From the IMG/VR virus record IMGVR_UViG_3300030019_000024: a DNA stretch of 64,000 nt. One strand, written 5' to 3'. Origin of the DNA: an uncultured virus (IMG/VR IMGVR_UViG_3300030019_000024). Taxonomy: Duplodnaviria; Heunggongvirae; Uroviricota; Caudoviricetes. The notes under the pieces are model-generated. The model did not search any database. It saw nothing but the letters and a program-made list of their open reading frames with translations, and had not been told where the DNA came from. This document shows positions 1 to 9,911 of the stretch, piece after piece; position 1 is the stretch's first letter; each line of letters opens with the position of its first letter. Both the position numbers and the translations under genes were made by a program.

Positions 1-302
1 TAATCTCTATCAAAATGTATATTAATACCATATTTAATTAATAGTTTTAATATATCAATATCTTCATCTTTACAAACAAAATATAAAAAGTTTCGGTTAA
101 ATCCATCAGTAGCATTAGCATTAGCATCGTTTTCTAATGCATATTTAACACCATCATAAAATTCCATATCAATAGACTTATCTAATAATTTATCCATATT
201 CTGATATTTATCTATTAAATTATTAAGTATTTGTTCATCGGATGGTCCTGTTAAATGTTGAAGAATTCCTTCATTTAAAAATTCACTATATTTTTTAATC
301 AT
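1..302 (-). CDS. Partial ankyrin-repeat-like protein (runs off window start) with MIKKYSEFLNE N-terminus
   Basis: Manual translation from ATG at 302: MIKKYSEFLNEGILQHLTGPSDE...GVKYALENDANAN...DILKLLIKYGINIH; N-terminus paralogous to 47612-48079. Confidence 0.65.
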   Translation of the reverse strand, partial: MIKKYSEFLNEGILQHLTGPSDEQILNNLIDKYQNMDKLLDKSIDMEFYDGVKYALENDANANATDGFNRNFLYFVCKDEDIDILKLLIKYGINIHFDRD

Positions 303-305
303 AAA

Positions 306-950
306 TTATTTCTTTTTAGCTTTATATTTTTCTGTTTTTTTAATATACTCTTTAATAATTTTTACAAATTTAGGATTTTTATATTTTGTTGCAAGATCTA
401 AAATATAAGATAAATAGTCTAAGTTGTATGAATAATCTGTAATTTTTGGAATATTAAACATTATATAACCATTAATTAATCTATTTAAACCATCTATTAA
501 ACCATCTTCATAATTTAATTCAACTGAATCATACATATAATAAAAAGGTGAAATAGTATCTTTAATATTATTTAATTCAATTATTTTATTTTTTCTTACT
601 AAACTATCATCTATATCATCAATTATATAATCATCATCTTTTTCACCTGGATCATAATTTATTGTTTTTTCTTCTTCTCCACTTTTTTGGTGATAATCAT
701 CCCAATCTTTTATAAAATTATATTTTTGGTCTGCTGTACTATTAGATATTCTATTTGCTTTTATTTCATCAAGTTCTCTTTTTTGTTCTTTTGATAAATT
801 ATTTTTTAATAGATCCTTATTAATATTTAATTTAGTACATGCTGCATAATATGAAAGATTGTTATTTTCCATTTCATCAATAACTTCATCAAAAATTAAA
901 TTAATATTATCAGATTTTTTAAATTCTTCGTATAATTTTATTAGTTTCAT
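306..950 (-). CDS. Hypothetical protein
   Basis: 214-aa ORF; N-terminus MKLIKLYEEF resembles the shared N-terminal motif. Confidence 0.6.
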   Translation of the reverse strand: MKLIKLYEEFKKSDNINLIFDEVIDEMENNNLSYYAACTKLNINKDLLKNNLSKEQKRELDEIKANRISNSTADQKYNFIKDWDDYHQKSGEEEKTINYDPGEKDDDYIIDDIDDSLVRKNKIIELNNIKDTISPFYYMYDSVELNYEDGLIDGLNRLINGYIMFNIPKITDYSYNLDYLSYILDLATKYKNPKFVKIIKEYIKKTEKYKAKKK

Positions 951-955
951 TGTAA

Positions 956-1555
956 TTATTTCTTTTTATTAATATATTCCAACTTAAATTTAGTAATCAT
1001 ATATTCTGTTATTAAGTCATGTGTTTTCAATGAATCAATATCACCCAATCCTATTTTCAATGTTCTTGAAATTTTTTCTAAATGTGAACCATCACCTGGT
1101 GGGGATACCAATTTAAAATCATTATAACGTAATTCTAATATTACCATATGATACCTACCTACATTACCTTTAGTCATAAATACTGATTTTTCTATATCAA
1201 AATCATAAGTAGATGAAAGAACAATACCAGCTTCTTCGTATAATTCCCTTCTAACTGTGTTCTTTATGTTTTCACCTGGTTCAACCCTACCTGATAATAT
1301 AGTTAAAAAATTTGTTACATGTTTATAATCTTTTAAATCTTTATAAAAATATTGAAATGTTGGAACAGCTTCGTGTCTTAAAACAATAGCTGCTTCATCA
1401 ATAAAATAAGGTAATACTATAACTATATCAGACTCTTTTACAATTTCGTAACCTTTGTAGTCAATTATTTTATATTTACCATCATATTTCAATTCTTCTT
1501 TTGCTTGTGCTTGTAATGATTGTTCACCTTTTATTACTTTACTAAATTTATTCAT
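956..1555 (-). CDS. Nudix hydrolase
   Basis: Nudix box GRVEPGE-x7-RELYEEAG. Confidence 0.85.
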   Translation of the reverse strand: MNKFSKVIKGEQSLQAQAKEELKYDGKYKIIDYKGYEIVKESDIVIVLPYFIDEAAIVLRHEAVPTFQYFYKDLKDYKHVTNFLTILSGRVEPGENIKNTVRRELYEEAGIVLSSTYDFDIEKSVFMTKGNVGRYHMVILELRYNDFKLVSPPGDGSHLEKISRTLKIGLGDIDSLKTHDLITEYMITKFKLEYINKKK

Positions 1556-1611
1556 ATAAACTTTTATTATATTTTAATCTATATATTAAAAACATAAAAG
1601 CATTTTTATAA

Positions 1612-2115
1612 ATGGAACTAAACGATAGACTTAAATATGATGTAATTCCTTTTAAAACATTAGAAATGTCAAAGGATTACGAATATATTGTATTGGAATT
1701 AGAAAATATTTCAAAAGATTATAATAAAAGATACCAAAATATTTCTTTAAATTTTAATAATGAAAGTTTTCCTATATATTTTTCTTATAATTCTGTTGAT
1801 GAACTTAAATATAGTGAAACAATAGAACATAATCATATAATAACAGATTGTGTTAATTTTAAAAATATTTTAGTTGAATATATGGACCTTAGTTATGGTT
1901 CTAATAAATATAAATTGTGTATTAATTTTAAAAATAATGAAGTTTTAAGAAATAAAATATTAACACTTGATTATACATTAAAACCATACTATCATAAAGA
2001 CGGTAAAGCATTTATTATTTTATTAGATTATACACCGAATATTAGAAAAGTTAAGTTATTAAAGTTAAAAGAAATAATAGCTAAAAATAAAGAAATTATT
2101 AATTATGATATTTAA
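1612..2115 (+). CDS. Hypothetical protein with C-terminal RxxK[IL]xx[IL] motif
   Basis: IRKVKLLKLKE near C-terminus; first of a tightly coupled ORF run. Confidence 0.6.
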   Translation: MELNDRLKYDVIPFKTLEMSKDYEYIVLELENISKDYNKRYQNISLNFNNESFPIYFSYNSVDELKYSETIEHNHIITDCVNFKNILVEYMDLSYGSNKYKLCINFKNNEVLRNKILTLDYTLKPYYHKDGKAFIILLDYTPNIRKVKLLKLKEIIAKNKEIINYDI

Positions 2116-2422
2116 TGATGTAAAAGATATCGAATTAGATATAAGAAGTAGATTGTCTTCATATCTTAAAGTTAACACTGATATTTCAATTGGTATGTTG
2201 TCATCAGTTATTTGGAACTATTTACAAGAAATGAAAAATATAGATGAAATTCAATCCTTCTATGTATCTGAACCTGATAAAGAAGATAATTCTTTTTATA
2301 TTTCATTCCATAAGGATGATAAAGGTTGTAAATTTAATATATCATTATTAATTGAATTTAGAAATATTAAAATCGAAAAGATTAAATCAAATAAAGTTGT
2401 TGATTATAAAATAATTAGTTGA
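2105..2422 (+). CDS. Hypothetical protein with C-terminal motif
   Basis: FRNIKIEKIK; overlaps previous stop. Confidence 0.6.
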   Translation: MIFNDVKDIELDIRSRLSSYLKVNTDISIGMLSSVIWNYLQEMKNIDEIQSFYVSEPDKEDNSFYISFHKDDKGCKFNISLLIEFRNIKIEKIKSNKVVDYKIIS

Positions 2423-2423
2423 A

Positions 2424-2699
2424 ATGGAATTGGATAAAACTAATGGTTATTGGGTTGATGGTAATTTTGAAAGTAGTGATTTATATTGGAAAAATTATAA
2501 AAAGTCACTAATTGATGATTATGCTTATAACTTTTATATTAAAAACATAATATCAAACGTAGATAAACGTCACCAACAATATTTTATATATTCATATTAT
2601 GTTGAAAATAAGTTTAAACGTTTTTACATATTTGCAGAAAATATGTTAAGAAAAGAAAAAATAGAAAAAATTAAAAATAAACTAAAATATGGAATATAA
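2424..2699 (+). CDS. Small paralogous family member (DKxxGxW...DDxAY...LRKEKI)
   Basis: Similar to 3941, 4137 and 4390 ORFs. Confidence 0.65.
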   Translation: MELDKTNGYWVDGNFESSDLYWKNYKKSLIDDYAYNFYIKNIISNVDKRHQQYFIYSYYVENKFKRFYIFAENMLRKEKIEKIKNKLKYGI

Positions 2700-2970
2700 A
2701 AGTTGTAAAGAAGAAGCAGTAAATATAGGTGATTGTTTTTATGATAGATTAGATGGTAATCTCTATGTATGTTCATCAACAGGTTATTCCGAAATTAGAT
2801 TGGATACAACAGCAATTAGTAGTACTAATACTAATTATGCACAATTATCAACATATATTGAATCTAATTATGACCGTGTTAAAAATTTTTTGAGGGATAA
2901 TCCAGAATTAATGGATGAAATAATAAGGGATTTAAGAAGTGAAAAAATAAATAAAATATTAAAGAAATAA
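2689..2970 (+). CDS. Hypothetical protein with C-terminal motif
   Basis: DLRSEKINKIL. Confidence 0.6.
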   Translation: MEYKSCKEEAVNIGDCFYDRLDGNLYVCSSTGYSEIRLDTTAISSTNTNYAQLSTYIESNYDRVKNFLRDNPELMDEIIRDLRSEKINKILKK

Positions 2971-2971
2971 T

Positions 2972-3002
2972 TTTGGTTATCTGAATTATTTTAGTATCTT
3001 TG
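2972..3002 (+). promoter_or_regulatory. Bacteroidota sigma70-type promoter
   Basis: TTTG (2972) - 19 nt - TATCTTTG (2995-3002). Confidence 0.8.
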
Positions 3003-3025
3003 TAAAAAAAATAAAAATATAAATT

Positions 3026-3331
3026 ATGATAGTGTATTCAGCAGAAGATTATAGCGAAATGAGTAATCTAATAACAAGATTAACAGTTGAAGTTTTAGAT
3101 GGTGAAGAAGCAGAAAAAGAATTTGATAATGTTCATATGTTAATTGTTTTCCATGATGATTGGAATGGTGGTGTATGGGATGGTGGTGGAATATTGTGGT
3201 ATTTCCAAAATGATATTAAATATTCTGATTATGATGAACTTATGGAAGGTTATGCATCTTATGATGGTTATTTAACCAAAAAGGAACTTCTTGAATTATT
3301 CGGTGAAATTGGATTTGATATATACTATTAA
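3026..3331 (+). CDS. Hypothetical acidic protein
   Basis: ORF directly after host-type promoter. Confidence 0.65.
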   Translation: MIVYSAEDYSEMSNLITRLTVEVLDGEEAEKEFDNVHMLIVFHDDWNGGVWDGGGILWYFQNDIKYSDYDELMEGYASYDGYLTKKELLELFGEIGFDIYY

Positions 3332-3333
3332 TT

Positions 3334-3954
3334 ATGTTTGGAAATAAAAATAAATTAAGTTTTTTAAGACAATATACATATGATGATTCATATTCAGAAT
3401 GTGAAAAATTCAGGAAATGTTCAATTGAAAAAATGGTACGTAAATTTAATAAAGAAGCACAACCAGAAGATAATATTTCTATATTATCTGTATTTAATGG
3501 TATAAATTATCCAATATTTGATTTAGATACACAAGAACATTATGATTTGTTTAAAAAAATAAATCAAGAATTACCATATGTTATGTTCAGAAGTAGCGAA
3601 GGACATTATTGGGGTATATCGGGTGTTCCATATAAAAAGATAAAAACTTTATTACTTGACCACGCATGGAAAGCGTGTAATGATGAAAAATATGTTAAAT
3701 TTTGTATACACCATAATATACAAATTATCAGAGGTTTATATGAAAATTTTGAAAGATTACCATATGAATATGAAAGAAATGGTGAAATAAGTGAAAACTT
3801 AGAACTTTTTATAAAAAAAGTTAAGGAATATTATAAAAACGAAGGATTTGAATTATCACTTTCTAAATTCAAAGATTCTGAACTCTTAGAAGAAATGGAA
3901 GTAAGAAGACGGAAAGATAAAATAGAACGGATTAGGAATCATGGAAATAGATGA
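3334..3954 (+). CDS. Hypothetical protein, possible primase-polymerase-like fold
   Basis: IFDLD ... SSEGHYW pattern resembles AEP motifs; C-terminal RRKDKIERI. Confidence 0.4.
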   Translation: MFGNKNKLSFLRQYTYDDSYSECEKFRKCSIEKMVRKFNKEAQPEDNISILSVFNGINYPIFDLDTQEHYDLFKKINQELPYVMFRSSEGHYWGISGVPYKKIKTLLLDHAWKACNDEKYVKFCIHHNIQIIRGLYENFERLPYEYERNGEISENLELFIKKVKEYYKNEGFELSLSKFKDSELLEEMEVRRRKDKIERIRNHGNR

Positions 3955-4150
3955 TATAGCATATAAAATATATGTTAAAACATGTGAAAAAGAATATGCT
4001 GATGAAAAAGATAATGGTTATCTTTTATATGCTGAAAAGGAATTCTTTTTAGGACATAAAACTGATGGACGTTGGACTCATTTTTATGAACAAGCAATAT
4101 TAATTTTAAGATATGTAAAAATAAAAAAAATTAAAAATGGTAATAGATAA
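3941..4150 (+). CDS. Small paralogous family member
   Basis: IDDIAYKIY...FYEQAILILRYVKIKKIK. Confidence 0.6.
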   Translation: MEIDDIAYKIYVKTCEKEYADEKDNGYLLYAEKEFFLGHKTDGRWTHFYEQAILILRYVKIKKIKNGNR

Positions 4151-4403
4151 AACATTTGGTGAGTGGTGTGACTACGGTACTGAATTAGACGATTTAGCTT
4201 ATTATTTATGTGCAAAAGGATTTAAAGATTTAGAATTTGATTCTGTAAAACATGAAAATATATATGCTTTCATAACACAAGATGTATTTATTAGTGAAGA
4301 ACAAGAATATGACACATTTAAAGATTACTATGAAAAAGCAATCATAATGTTAAGAAAAGAAAAATTAAAAAGAATAAAAGAAAAATTAAATGATAATAGA
4401 TAA
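4137..4403 (+). CDS. Small paralogous family member
   Basis: IDKTFGEW...LDDLAYY...YYEKAIIMLRKEKLKRIK. Confidence 0.65.
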   Translation: MVIDKTFGEWCDYGTELDDLAYYLCAKGFKDLEFDSVKHENIYAFITQDVFISEEQEYDTFKDYYEKAIIMLRKEKLKRIKEKLNDNR

Positions 4404-4626
4404 ATCTTGGGGTCAGTGGGATTTAAAGAATGCATCATTATTAGATGATTATGCATTTCATATTTATTTGGAATATATGAATAAAGTATTTCCTGATGCA
4501 AAAAAAAGATTTTTTGGTCAAGAATTTTTTAAATTTTCTAATCATAAAGAAGATTATTATTCGAAAGCAAATTTAATATTAAGAAAAGATAAAATAAATA
4601 AGATAAAATTAAGAAAACTCAACTAA
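4390..4626 (+). CDS. Small paralogous family member
   Basis: IDKSWGQW...LDDYAFH...YYSKANLILRKDKINKIK. Confidence 0.65.
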   Translation: MIIDKSWGQWDLKNASLLDDYAFHIYLEYMNKVFPDAKKRFFGQEFFKFSNHKEDYYSKANLILRKDKINKIKLRKLN

Positions 4627-4648
4627 ATTAGTTGAGTTTTTCTTTTTT
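4614..4648 (+). terminator. Intrinsic terminator
   Basis: AAAACTCAACTA-aat-TAGTTGAGTTTT followed by T tract. Confidence 0.75.
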
Positions 4649-4701
4649 ATTAAACATTTTATAAAAACTATTATATAATAAATAAAACTTTTAATTTAAG
4701 A

Positions 4702-5256
4702 ATGAATGAAGAAAAAATTATTATATTGATGGGTTCTTGTTCGGTTGGAAAAGATACGACAGCAAGACTATTAGAACAAGAAGGATTTAATTTTGTTGTA
4801 TCAACTACAACAAGACCAATGCGTGAAGGTGAAACGGTAAGAGATCCGTATATATTTACAACGAATGAAGAATTTGAAAAACTTATTGATAATGGTGGAC
4901 TTATTGAATACAGGGAATATCTTACAACTAATAATGAACTATGGTATTATGGTGTTCAGAATGAAGAAATAGAAAAAGATAAAAGTTACGTTGCAGTTTT
5001 AGACCCTGTTGGGTTAGATGGGTTTAAACAGCATTTTAAAGACGTTGTAGTGTCTTTTTATATGGATGCTAATGAATCTGTAAGAATGGAAAGATGTAAG
5101 CATAGAGGTGATTACGATGAAACAGAATGGGTGAACAGACTTAAAAATGATACTGACATGTTTTCAAAAGTATTTATCGAAAATGAAATTGATTATGTAA
5201 TAAATGCAGAAGGAACACCAAAAGAAATTTTCAATAAAATAATAAAAAAATTATGA
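4702..5256 (+). CDS. gmk: Guanylate kinase-like protein
   Basis: P-loop GSCSVGKDT, STTTRPMREGE and WYYG motifs. Confidence 0.85.
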   Translation: MNEEKIIILMGSCSVGKDTTARLLEQEGFNFVVSTTTRPMREGETVRDPYIFTTNEEFEKLIDNGGLIEYREYLTTNNELWYYGVQNEEIEKDKSYVAVLDPVGLDGFKQHFKDVVVSFYMDANESVRMERCKHRGDYDETEWVNRLKNDTDMFSKVFIENEIDYVINAEGTPKEIFNKIIKKL

Positions 5257-5516
5257 AAAAAATAAATACAACAAAATCAATTAAAGAATCCCTTGAAAAA
5301 TTAATGGAAAATGCTGAAATTTTTAAGAATCTACCTGCACCTGAAACAGATGAACAAGTAAAAGATTTAGAAAAAATAAAAGATAGTATGGTAGAACTTG
5401 ATGGTTATTTAGAAGCAATTTTAACAGGTATACAAAAGCTAAATGACCATGAAGAATCTTTTGATGAATATATGGAAGGTGTAAGAAAAGATATTTTAGA
5501 AAAAAAAAATAAATAA
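5253..5516 (+). CDS. Hypothetical protein
   Basis: ORF in co-directional run. Confidence 0.55.
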   Translation: MKKINTTKSIKESLEKLMENAEIFKNLPAPETDEQVKDLEKIKDSMVELDGYLEAILTGIQKLNDHEESFDEYMEGVRKDILEKKNK

Positions 5517-5517
5517 T

Positions 5518-5766
5518 ATGGAAACATATGATGATAAAAATATAAAAGATATTAAATGGACTAAATATAAAATTATAGTTCCATCAGAAGAAGATAGACA
5601 AGAATTAATGGAAGCATTCAAACATATACACTATTCTGATGTTGATTCTAACTATGTATCAGTTAATCAGTTGATACATGAATATTTAGATGAAGAAGTT
5701 AGTCCTGAATATCATAACAATATAATAGTTGATGAAGAACTATTTAATAAAATAAATAATAAATAA
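5518..5766 (+). CDS. Hypothetical protein
   Basis: ORF in co-directional run. Confidence 0.55.
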   Translation: METYDDKNIKDIKWTKYKIIVPSEEDRQELMEAFKHIHYSDVDSNYVSVNQLIHEYLDEEVSPEYHNNIIVDEELFNKINNK

Positions 5767-5767
5767 T

Positions 5768-6019
5768 ATGGCAAAGTACGTTTTAAATCCTAAATATGGT
5801 GATATGAGTATTGTAGAATTAGGTGCATCAGTTAAAGTAATTATAAAAAAATTAACACTGCATTGGGAAGATGCAATAGAACACCCCGAAGATTATTCAC
5901 AAAAATTTCTTGATGGTGTAAACTTTATATTAAATAAAAGATATAAGGATATCGAAAGTATAATGATTGATTATAATGAATTAATTGATGAAGATTATTC
6001 TTTCGAAGAATTATATTAA
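5768..6019 (+). CDS. Hypothetical protein
   Basis: ORF in co-directional run. Confidence 0.55.
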   Translation: MAKYVLNPKYGDMSIVELGASVKVIIKKLTLHWEDAIEHPEDYSQKFLDGVNFILNKRYKDIESIMIDYNELIDEDYSFEELY

Positions 6020-6024
6020 ATATT

Positions 6025-6318
6025 ATGGGTGATTATGATATATCTAAATATAGAATTGAAATTATAGAAACCGAAAAATTTTTAGAAGATGGGAAAGTTA
6101 AATTTAAATCTACTGTTAATGTAAATGGATATGATATTTTCTTAATAATAATATTTCCAATAGAAATGATGTTCAAAGATAATATAGGTAAAGTTCAAAT
6201 AATAAATCACATGAATAAAGTTCTTAAACAAGAAGCAGTGGTGTGGTATGTTAATAAATTACCGCAAATTAGAAAAGAAAAAATAGATAAAATAAAAAAA
6301 TCAATAGATAAAATATGA
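6025..6318 (+). CDS. Hypothetical protein with C-terminal motif
   Basis: QIRKEKIDKIK. Confidence 0.6.
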   Translation: MGDYDISKYRIEIIETEKFLEDGKVKFKSTVNVNGYDIFLIIIFPIEMMFKDNIGKVQIINHMNKVLKQEAVVWYVNKLPQIRKEKIDKIKKSIDKI

Positions 6319-6662
6319 AAATATTTATAATTTGTAGTGTAAGAGGTTCATCAGACGAATACAAAACTAAGTTGGAAGACTATGTTAGTATATTAGAAAA
6401 CAGTGGTAATACAGTGCATCTACCACACCGTGACACTAATCAAACCGCAACAGGTATAGAAATATGTACTGAAAATATGAATGCAATTAAAAATGCAGAT
6501 GAAGTTCATATATTTTATAATAGTAGTTCACAAGGTACCCATTTTGATTTGGGTGTAGCATTCTCATTAAACAAAAAATTAGTGGTCGTTGAAAATGAAA
6601 TATATGGTGAAGGTAAAAGTTATCCACGTATGATTGATGAATGGTCAACTATTAAACAATAA
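6315..6662 (+). CDS. Nucleoside 2-deoxyribosyltransferase-like protein
   Basis: MKIFII...VHLPHRD...AIKNAD...SQGTHFDLGVAF pattern; the catalytic E position is D. Confidence 0.7.
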   Translation: MKIFIICSVRGSSDEYKTKLEDYVSILENSGNTVHLPHRDTNQTATGIEICTENMNAIKNADEVHIFYNSSSQGTHFDLGVAFSLNKKLVVVENEIYGEGKSYPRMIDEWSTIKQ

Positions 6663-6677
6663 ACAAAAATAAAAAAT

Positions 6678-6917
6678 ATGGAAAAAATTATTGACAAAGT
6701 GTTTTCTTACACAGTTCTAATATCTACTGCTATAATATTTGGTAGAATGATATTCACTAATTATCAAATACCGTTGAATATCGCAGTTGTTTTAATAATA
6801 GGTACGATACTATTAAAAACTGAACATATTATTTCAGAAATTAGGTTAAAATCTGATGCAACTGATAAAAAAACTTGCGATGATAGTTGTACAGATTGTA
6901 AATGTACAAAAAAATAA
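6678..6917 (+). CDS. Small two-TM membrane protein with Cys-rich tail
   Basis: Two hydrophobic stretches; CDDSCTDCKC. Confidence 0.55.
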   Translation: MEKIIDKVFSYTVLISTAIIFGRMIFTNYQIPLNIAVVLIIGTILLKTEHIISEIRLKSDATDKKTCDDSCTDCKCTKK

Positions 6918-6926
6918 GATTTAAGG

Positions 6927-7499
6927 ATGAAGAAAATAGGAATAGATTTAGATAGCACATTGAATAACTTAACTGATGTTTGGGTTGATTTATATAATAA
7001 AGATTATAATGATAACCTTAAATATTTTTTAACATGGGATAGTCATAATGATGTTAAACCTGAATGTGGTAGAAAAATCTATGACTATCTACTTAAACCA
7101 CAATTATTTTTTGATTTAGATATAAATCCTAATGCACAAGAAATAGTAAATTTCTTATCAAAGCATTATAAATTATATATCATAACTGCTTATATACCAT
7201 CATCATGTGTTGATAAAGTAAATTGGGTTCGTAAATATTTACCAGAATTAGAAAATGATATTGTTTTTATAAATGATAAAAGCATATTAGAGTTGGATTA
7301 TTTAATAGATGATGGTCCACATAACCTTAAAACGTTTAAGGGAACTGGTATTGTTTATGATAGACAATACAACAAGTACTTAGGTGATAAGTATCCAAGG
7401 GTTAATAATTGGAAAGATGTTGAAATGTTCTTTACAAATGAATTAATAAAGGATAATAGGAAGATTATGAAAAGAACCATAAAAGTAAAAGTAAATTAA
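6927..7499 (+). CDS. 5'(3')-deoxyribonucleotidase (HAD family)
   Basis: IGIDLDSTL, ITA, K..W and LIDDGPHN motifs. Confidence 0.85.
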   Translation: MKKIGIDLDSTLNNLTDVWVDLYNKDYNDNLKYFLTWDSHNDVKPECGRKIYDYLLKPQLFFDLDINPNAQEIVNFLSKHYKLYIITAYIPSSCVDKVNWVRKYLPELENDIVFINDKSILELDYLIDDGPHNLKTFKGTGIVYDRQYNKYLGDKYPRVNNWKDVEMFFTNELIKDNRKIMKRTIKVKVN

Positions 7500-7500
7500 T

Positions 7501-7863
7501 ATGATAGAATTTAATAAATGTTTAAGTAAATGGAAACCTATTTTAGAAAGTTATGGAAGTAAATATAATGAAAGGTTTGCATTTTTAGTTGCTGGATTTT
7601 TGGAATGGAAAAGTCAAAGGGATTCTATAACAGGTGTTTATGATGATTTAATACCTTATCTTATTGATATAAACAAAAATATTACTTTATACGCAAAAAG
7701 AACAGAAGTAAAAATATATGTTAATGAATATACTGGTGAAATTGAATATTTAGTTGATGATAAATTTTATAACACAAAAAATATACCAATTTCAAATGAA
7801 AGTATTAAAAAAATATTCGGTGATGAATATTTTGAATTTTTAAATAGTGAAAAATTAATATAA
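7501..7863 (+). CDS. Hypothetical protein with KWxPILE N-terminal motif
   Basis: LSKWKPILESYG similar to the 30057-30473 N-terminus. Confidence 0.5.
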   Translation: MIEFNKCLSKWKPILESYGSKYNERFAFLVAGFLEWKSQRDSITGVYDDLIPYLIDINKNITLYAKRTEVKIYVNEYTGEIEYLVDDKFYNTKNIPISNESIKKIFGDEYFEFLNSEKLI

Positions 7864-8064
7864 AAAGTTATGAAAACAATAGAAATAACAGAAGAAACAT
7901 TAAGGGGATTATATTTAATTCTATGTGGATTGTCTTTTGACCATAAAGGTTCAGAAGTTTCTGATAAAGCAATTCCAATTATGAATAAATCACATAAAGA
8001 TATAATCAGACTTGGGGAAGAAATGGGGTTTGATAATCGTGGTGCAGATATAAAATAAAAAGTT

Positions 8065-8286
8065 ATGATAAGTTTAGGAAATAATTGCTATTGTTACAAC
8101 GAAGATTGTAATCAAAAAAAGTGGGAAGAACTTGGGTATGAAGGTAAACGACAATATACAGTAGTAAGTGATTTTTGGTGCAAAGCATTTAAAATAAATG
8201 GTAAGACACCAAGGAGACCAAAATGTCCTTACTGTAAAAAAGCAATGACAGTCACTGCAAATATGTCAGATGATTGGGATTATTAA
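8065..8286 (+). CDS. Small zinc-binding protein
   Basis: CYNEDC and CPYC motifs. Confidence 0.55.
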   Translation: MISLGNNCYCYNEDCNQKKWEELGYEGKRQYTVVSDFWCKAFKINGKTPRRPKCPYCKKAMTVTANMSDDWDY

Positions 8287-8291
8287 AAATA

Positions 8292-8323
8292 TTTGGTAGT
8301 TTGAAATATTTGTATTATCTTTG
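8292..8323 (+). promoter_or_regulatory. Bacteroidota sigma70-type promoter
   Basis: TTTG-20 nt-TATCTTTG. Confidence 0.8.
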
Positions 8324-8352
8324 TCCATTATTAATAATTAAAATAATTAAAA

Positions 8353-8667
8353 ATGGAAATTCTTATAAACAAATTAAAGAATCTTGACTTGTCTAATATT
8401 TCAAAACAAGATGCTAATGATATGATAGATTTAATTTTAACACTTGATAAAAGTGAAATTAAAACTGCGTTATGTGTTATTATTGATTTTTTTTCTGCTA
8501 CATTCGATGACGATGATAATTTTAGATTTGAAGATAATATTGAAAGTTTCATGGAAACTATTTGTATCAACGAAAAAATTGAACCATATTTAGAAGAACT
8601 TCAATTAGAAGAAGAAAACATTGTTATTGCTAATTATCTTGATAGTGTTAGACCTTTATATAATTAA
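8353..8667 (+). CDS. Hypothetical acidic protein
   Basis: Follows host-type promoter. Confidence 0.6.
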   Translation: MEILINKLKNLDLSNISKQDANDMIDLILTLDKSEIKTALCVIIDFFSATFDDDDNFRFEDNIESFMETICINEKIEPYLEELQLEEENIVIANYLDSVRPLYN

Positions 8668-8679
8668 AATAGATAAATT

Positions 8680-9006
8680 ATGTCAGAAAAGAAAATAGAT
8701 TTAGAAAAATTGTTCGAAAAACATGCTAATTGTCATGCATCTTATGATGCAACTGAAAGAACATTAGACGAAGATGCATTTAAAGAAGCTATGTTAGATT
8801 TTGGTAAGCAATTACTTGAATTAGCAGCAGAAAATGCTATTAATCAATTTTGGGGAATGCATGATTATCATGGAGATCATGATTGTTTTAAATTGGATGA
8901 AGAAGGATGCTATACAACTAATTATACCAATGAAGATGGAAATGATGTTGAATTATCATTTCATTTTGATAAACAATGTATTATCGACACAATTAATCAA
9001 ATATAA
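8680..9006 (+). CDS. Hypothetical protein, tandem paralog 1
   Basis: AMLDFGKQLLELAAENA shared with next gene. Confidence 0.7.
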   Translation: MSEKKIDLEKLFEKHANCHASYDATERTLDEDAFKEAMLDFGKQLLELAAENAINQFWGMHDYHGDHDCFKLDEEGCYTTNYTNEDGNDVELSFHFDKQCIIDTINQI

Positions 9007-9013
9007 TTATTTT

Positions 9014-9229
9014 ATGTTAGAAAAGAAAATAAATTTAGATGAAATAATTAATATATGTATTAATAAAGATTATGAATCAAAATATAACAACATATGTAAA
9101 GATTCTATGTTAGAATTTGGTAAACAACTTCTTGAATTAGCTTGTGAAAACGCAGATATAGACTATGAAGGTGGTATACCTGGTATTGATAAACAAACAA
9201 TCAGAAACACTATTAAACAAGTAGAATAA
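9014..9229 (+). CDS. Hypothetical protein, tandem paralog 2 (start re-called to 9014)
   Basis: MLEKKINLD...SMLEFGKQLLELACENA...DKQTIRNTIKQV. Confidence 0.7.
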   Translation: MLEKKINLDEIINICINKDYESKYNNICKDSMLEFGKQLLELACENADIDYEGGIPGIDKQTIRNTIKQVE

Positions 9230-9335
9230 AATATTATGTTACTGACCACATTATATGGAAAGTAGACCAATGGACATTATGTGATTAATGGTTGCAGTAT
9301 ATTGGATGCGCACTTCTTTCTTGTAACGTAATTTT

Positions 9336-9366
9336 CCACCACTTATTTAATAAGTGGTGGGTTTTT
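9336..9366 (+). terminator. Intrinsic terminator
   Basis: CCACCACTTAT-tta-ATAAGTGGTGG then T tract. Confidence 0.75.
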
Positions 9367-9393
9367 ATATATAATAAAAATAAAAATAAAATT

Positions 9394-9894
9394 ATGATTA
9401 AAAAATTTCATGAAATGTTTGAATCATTCGAACAAGTAACAAATGAAACATATGAAGATTTCAAAAATTCAATAATAACAATGGATGAATTTATAGATAA
9501 TCTAAAAATAAAAGTAGATGTAAGATCAAATATTTTTTATCATTTTAGTCTATCAGTATACGGATTTAAATTTATTAATTCCGCACCATGTTTAAAATAT
9601 GACACAGATGATTATATTTTAAATAAAATAATATTACCAAGAAAATCACATTGGTATGGACAATATGTTGGTAAAATGTTTGAACAATTTATTGAACAAA
9701 ATGAAATAGTAAATGATGATACATCACTTAATGATAGATTATATGTATATGAAAGCGAACCATTAGAACCAAAAACTTTTAGTTATTTTAATTTTAGAAA
9801 TGGTTCAATGAATTATGAAAAACTTAAATTAATTAAATTATTTGATAGAATTGATATTCGTGGAAATGATAAATATCTATATAGAGTAAAATAA
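9394..9894 (+). CDS. Hypothetical protein with N-terminal MIKKFHEMFE motif (start re-called)
   Basis: In-frame ATG at 9394 after terminator and TATATA motif. Confidence 0.6.
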   Translation: MIKKFHEMFESFEQVTNETYEDFKNSIITMDEFIDNLKIKVDVRSNIFYHFSLSVYGFKFINSAPCLKYDTDDYILNKIILPRKSHWYGQYVGKMFEQFIEQNEIVNDDTSLNDRLYVYESEPLEPKTFSYFNFRNGSMNYEKLKLIKLFDRIDIRGNDKYLYRVK

Positions 9895-9911
9895 AAATAA
9901 ATAATATAAAA

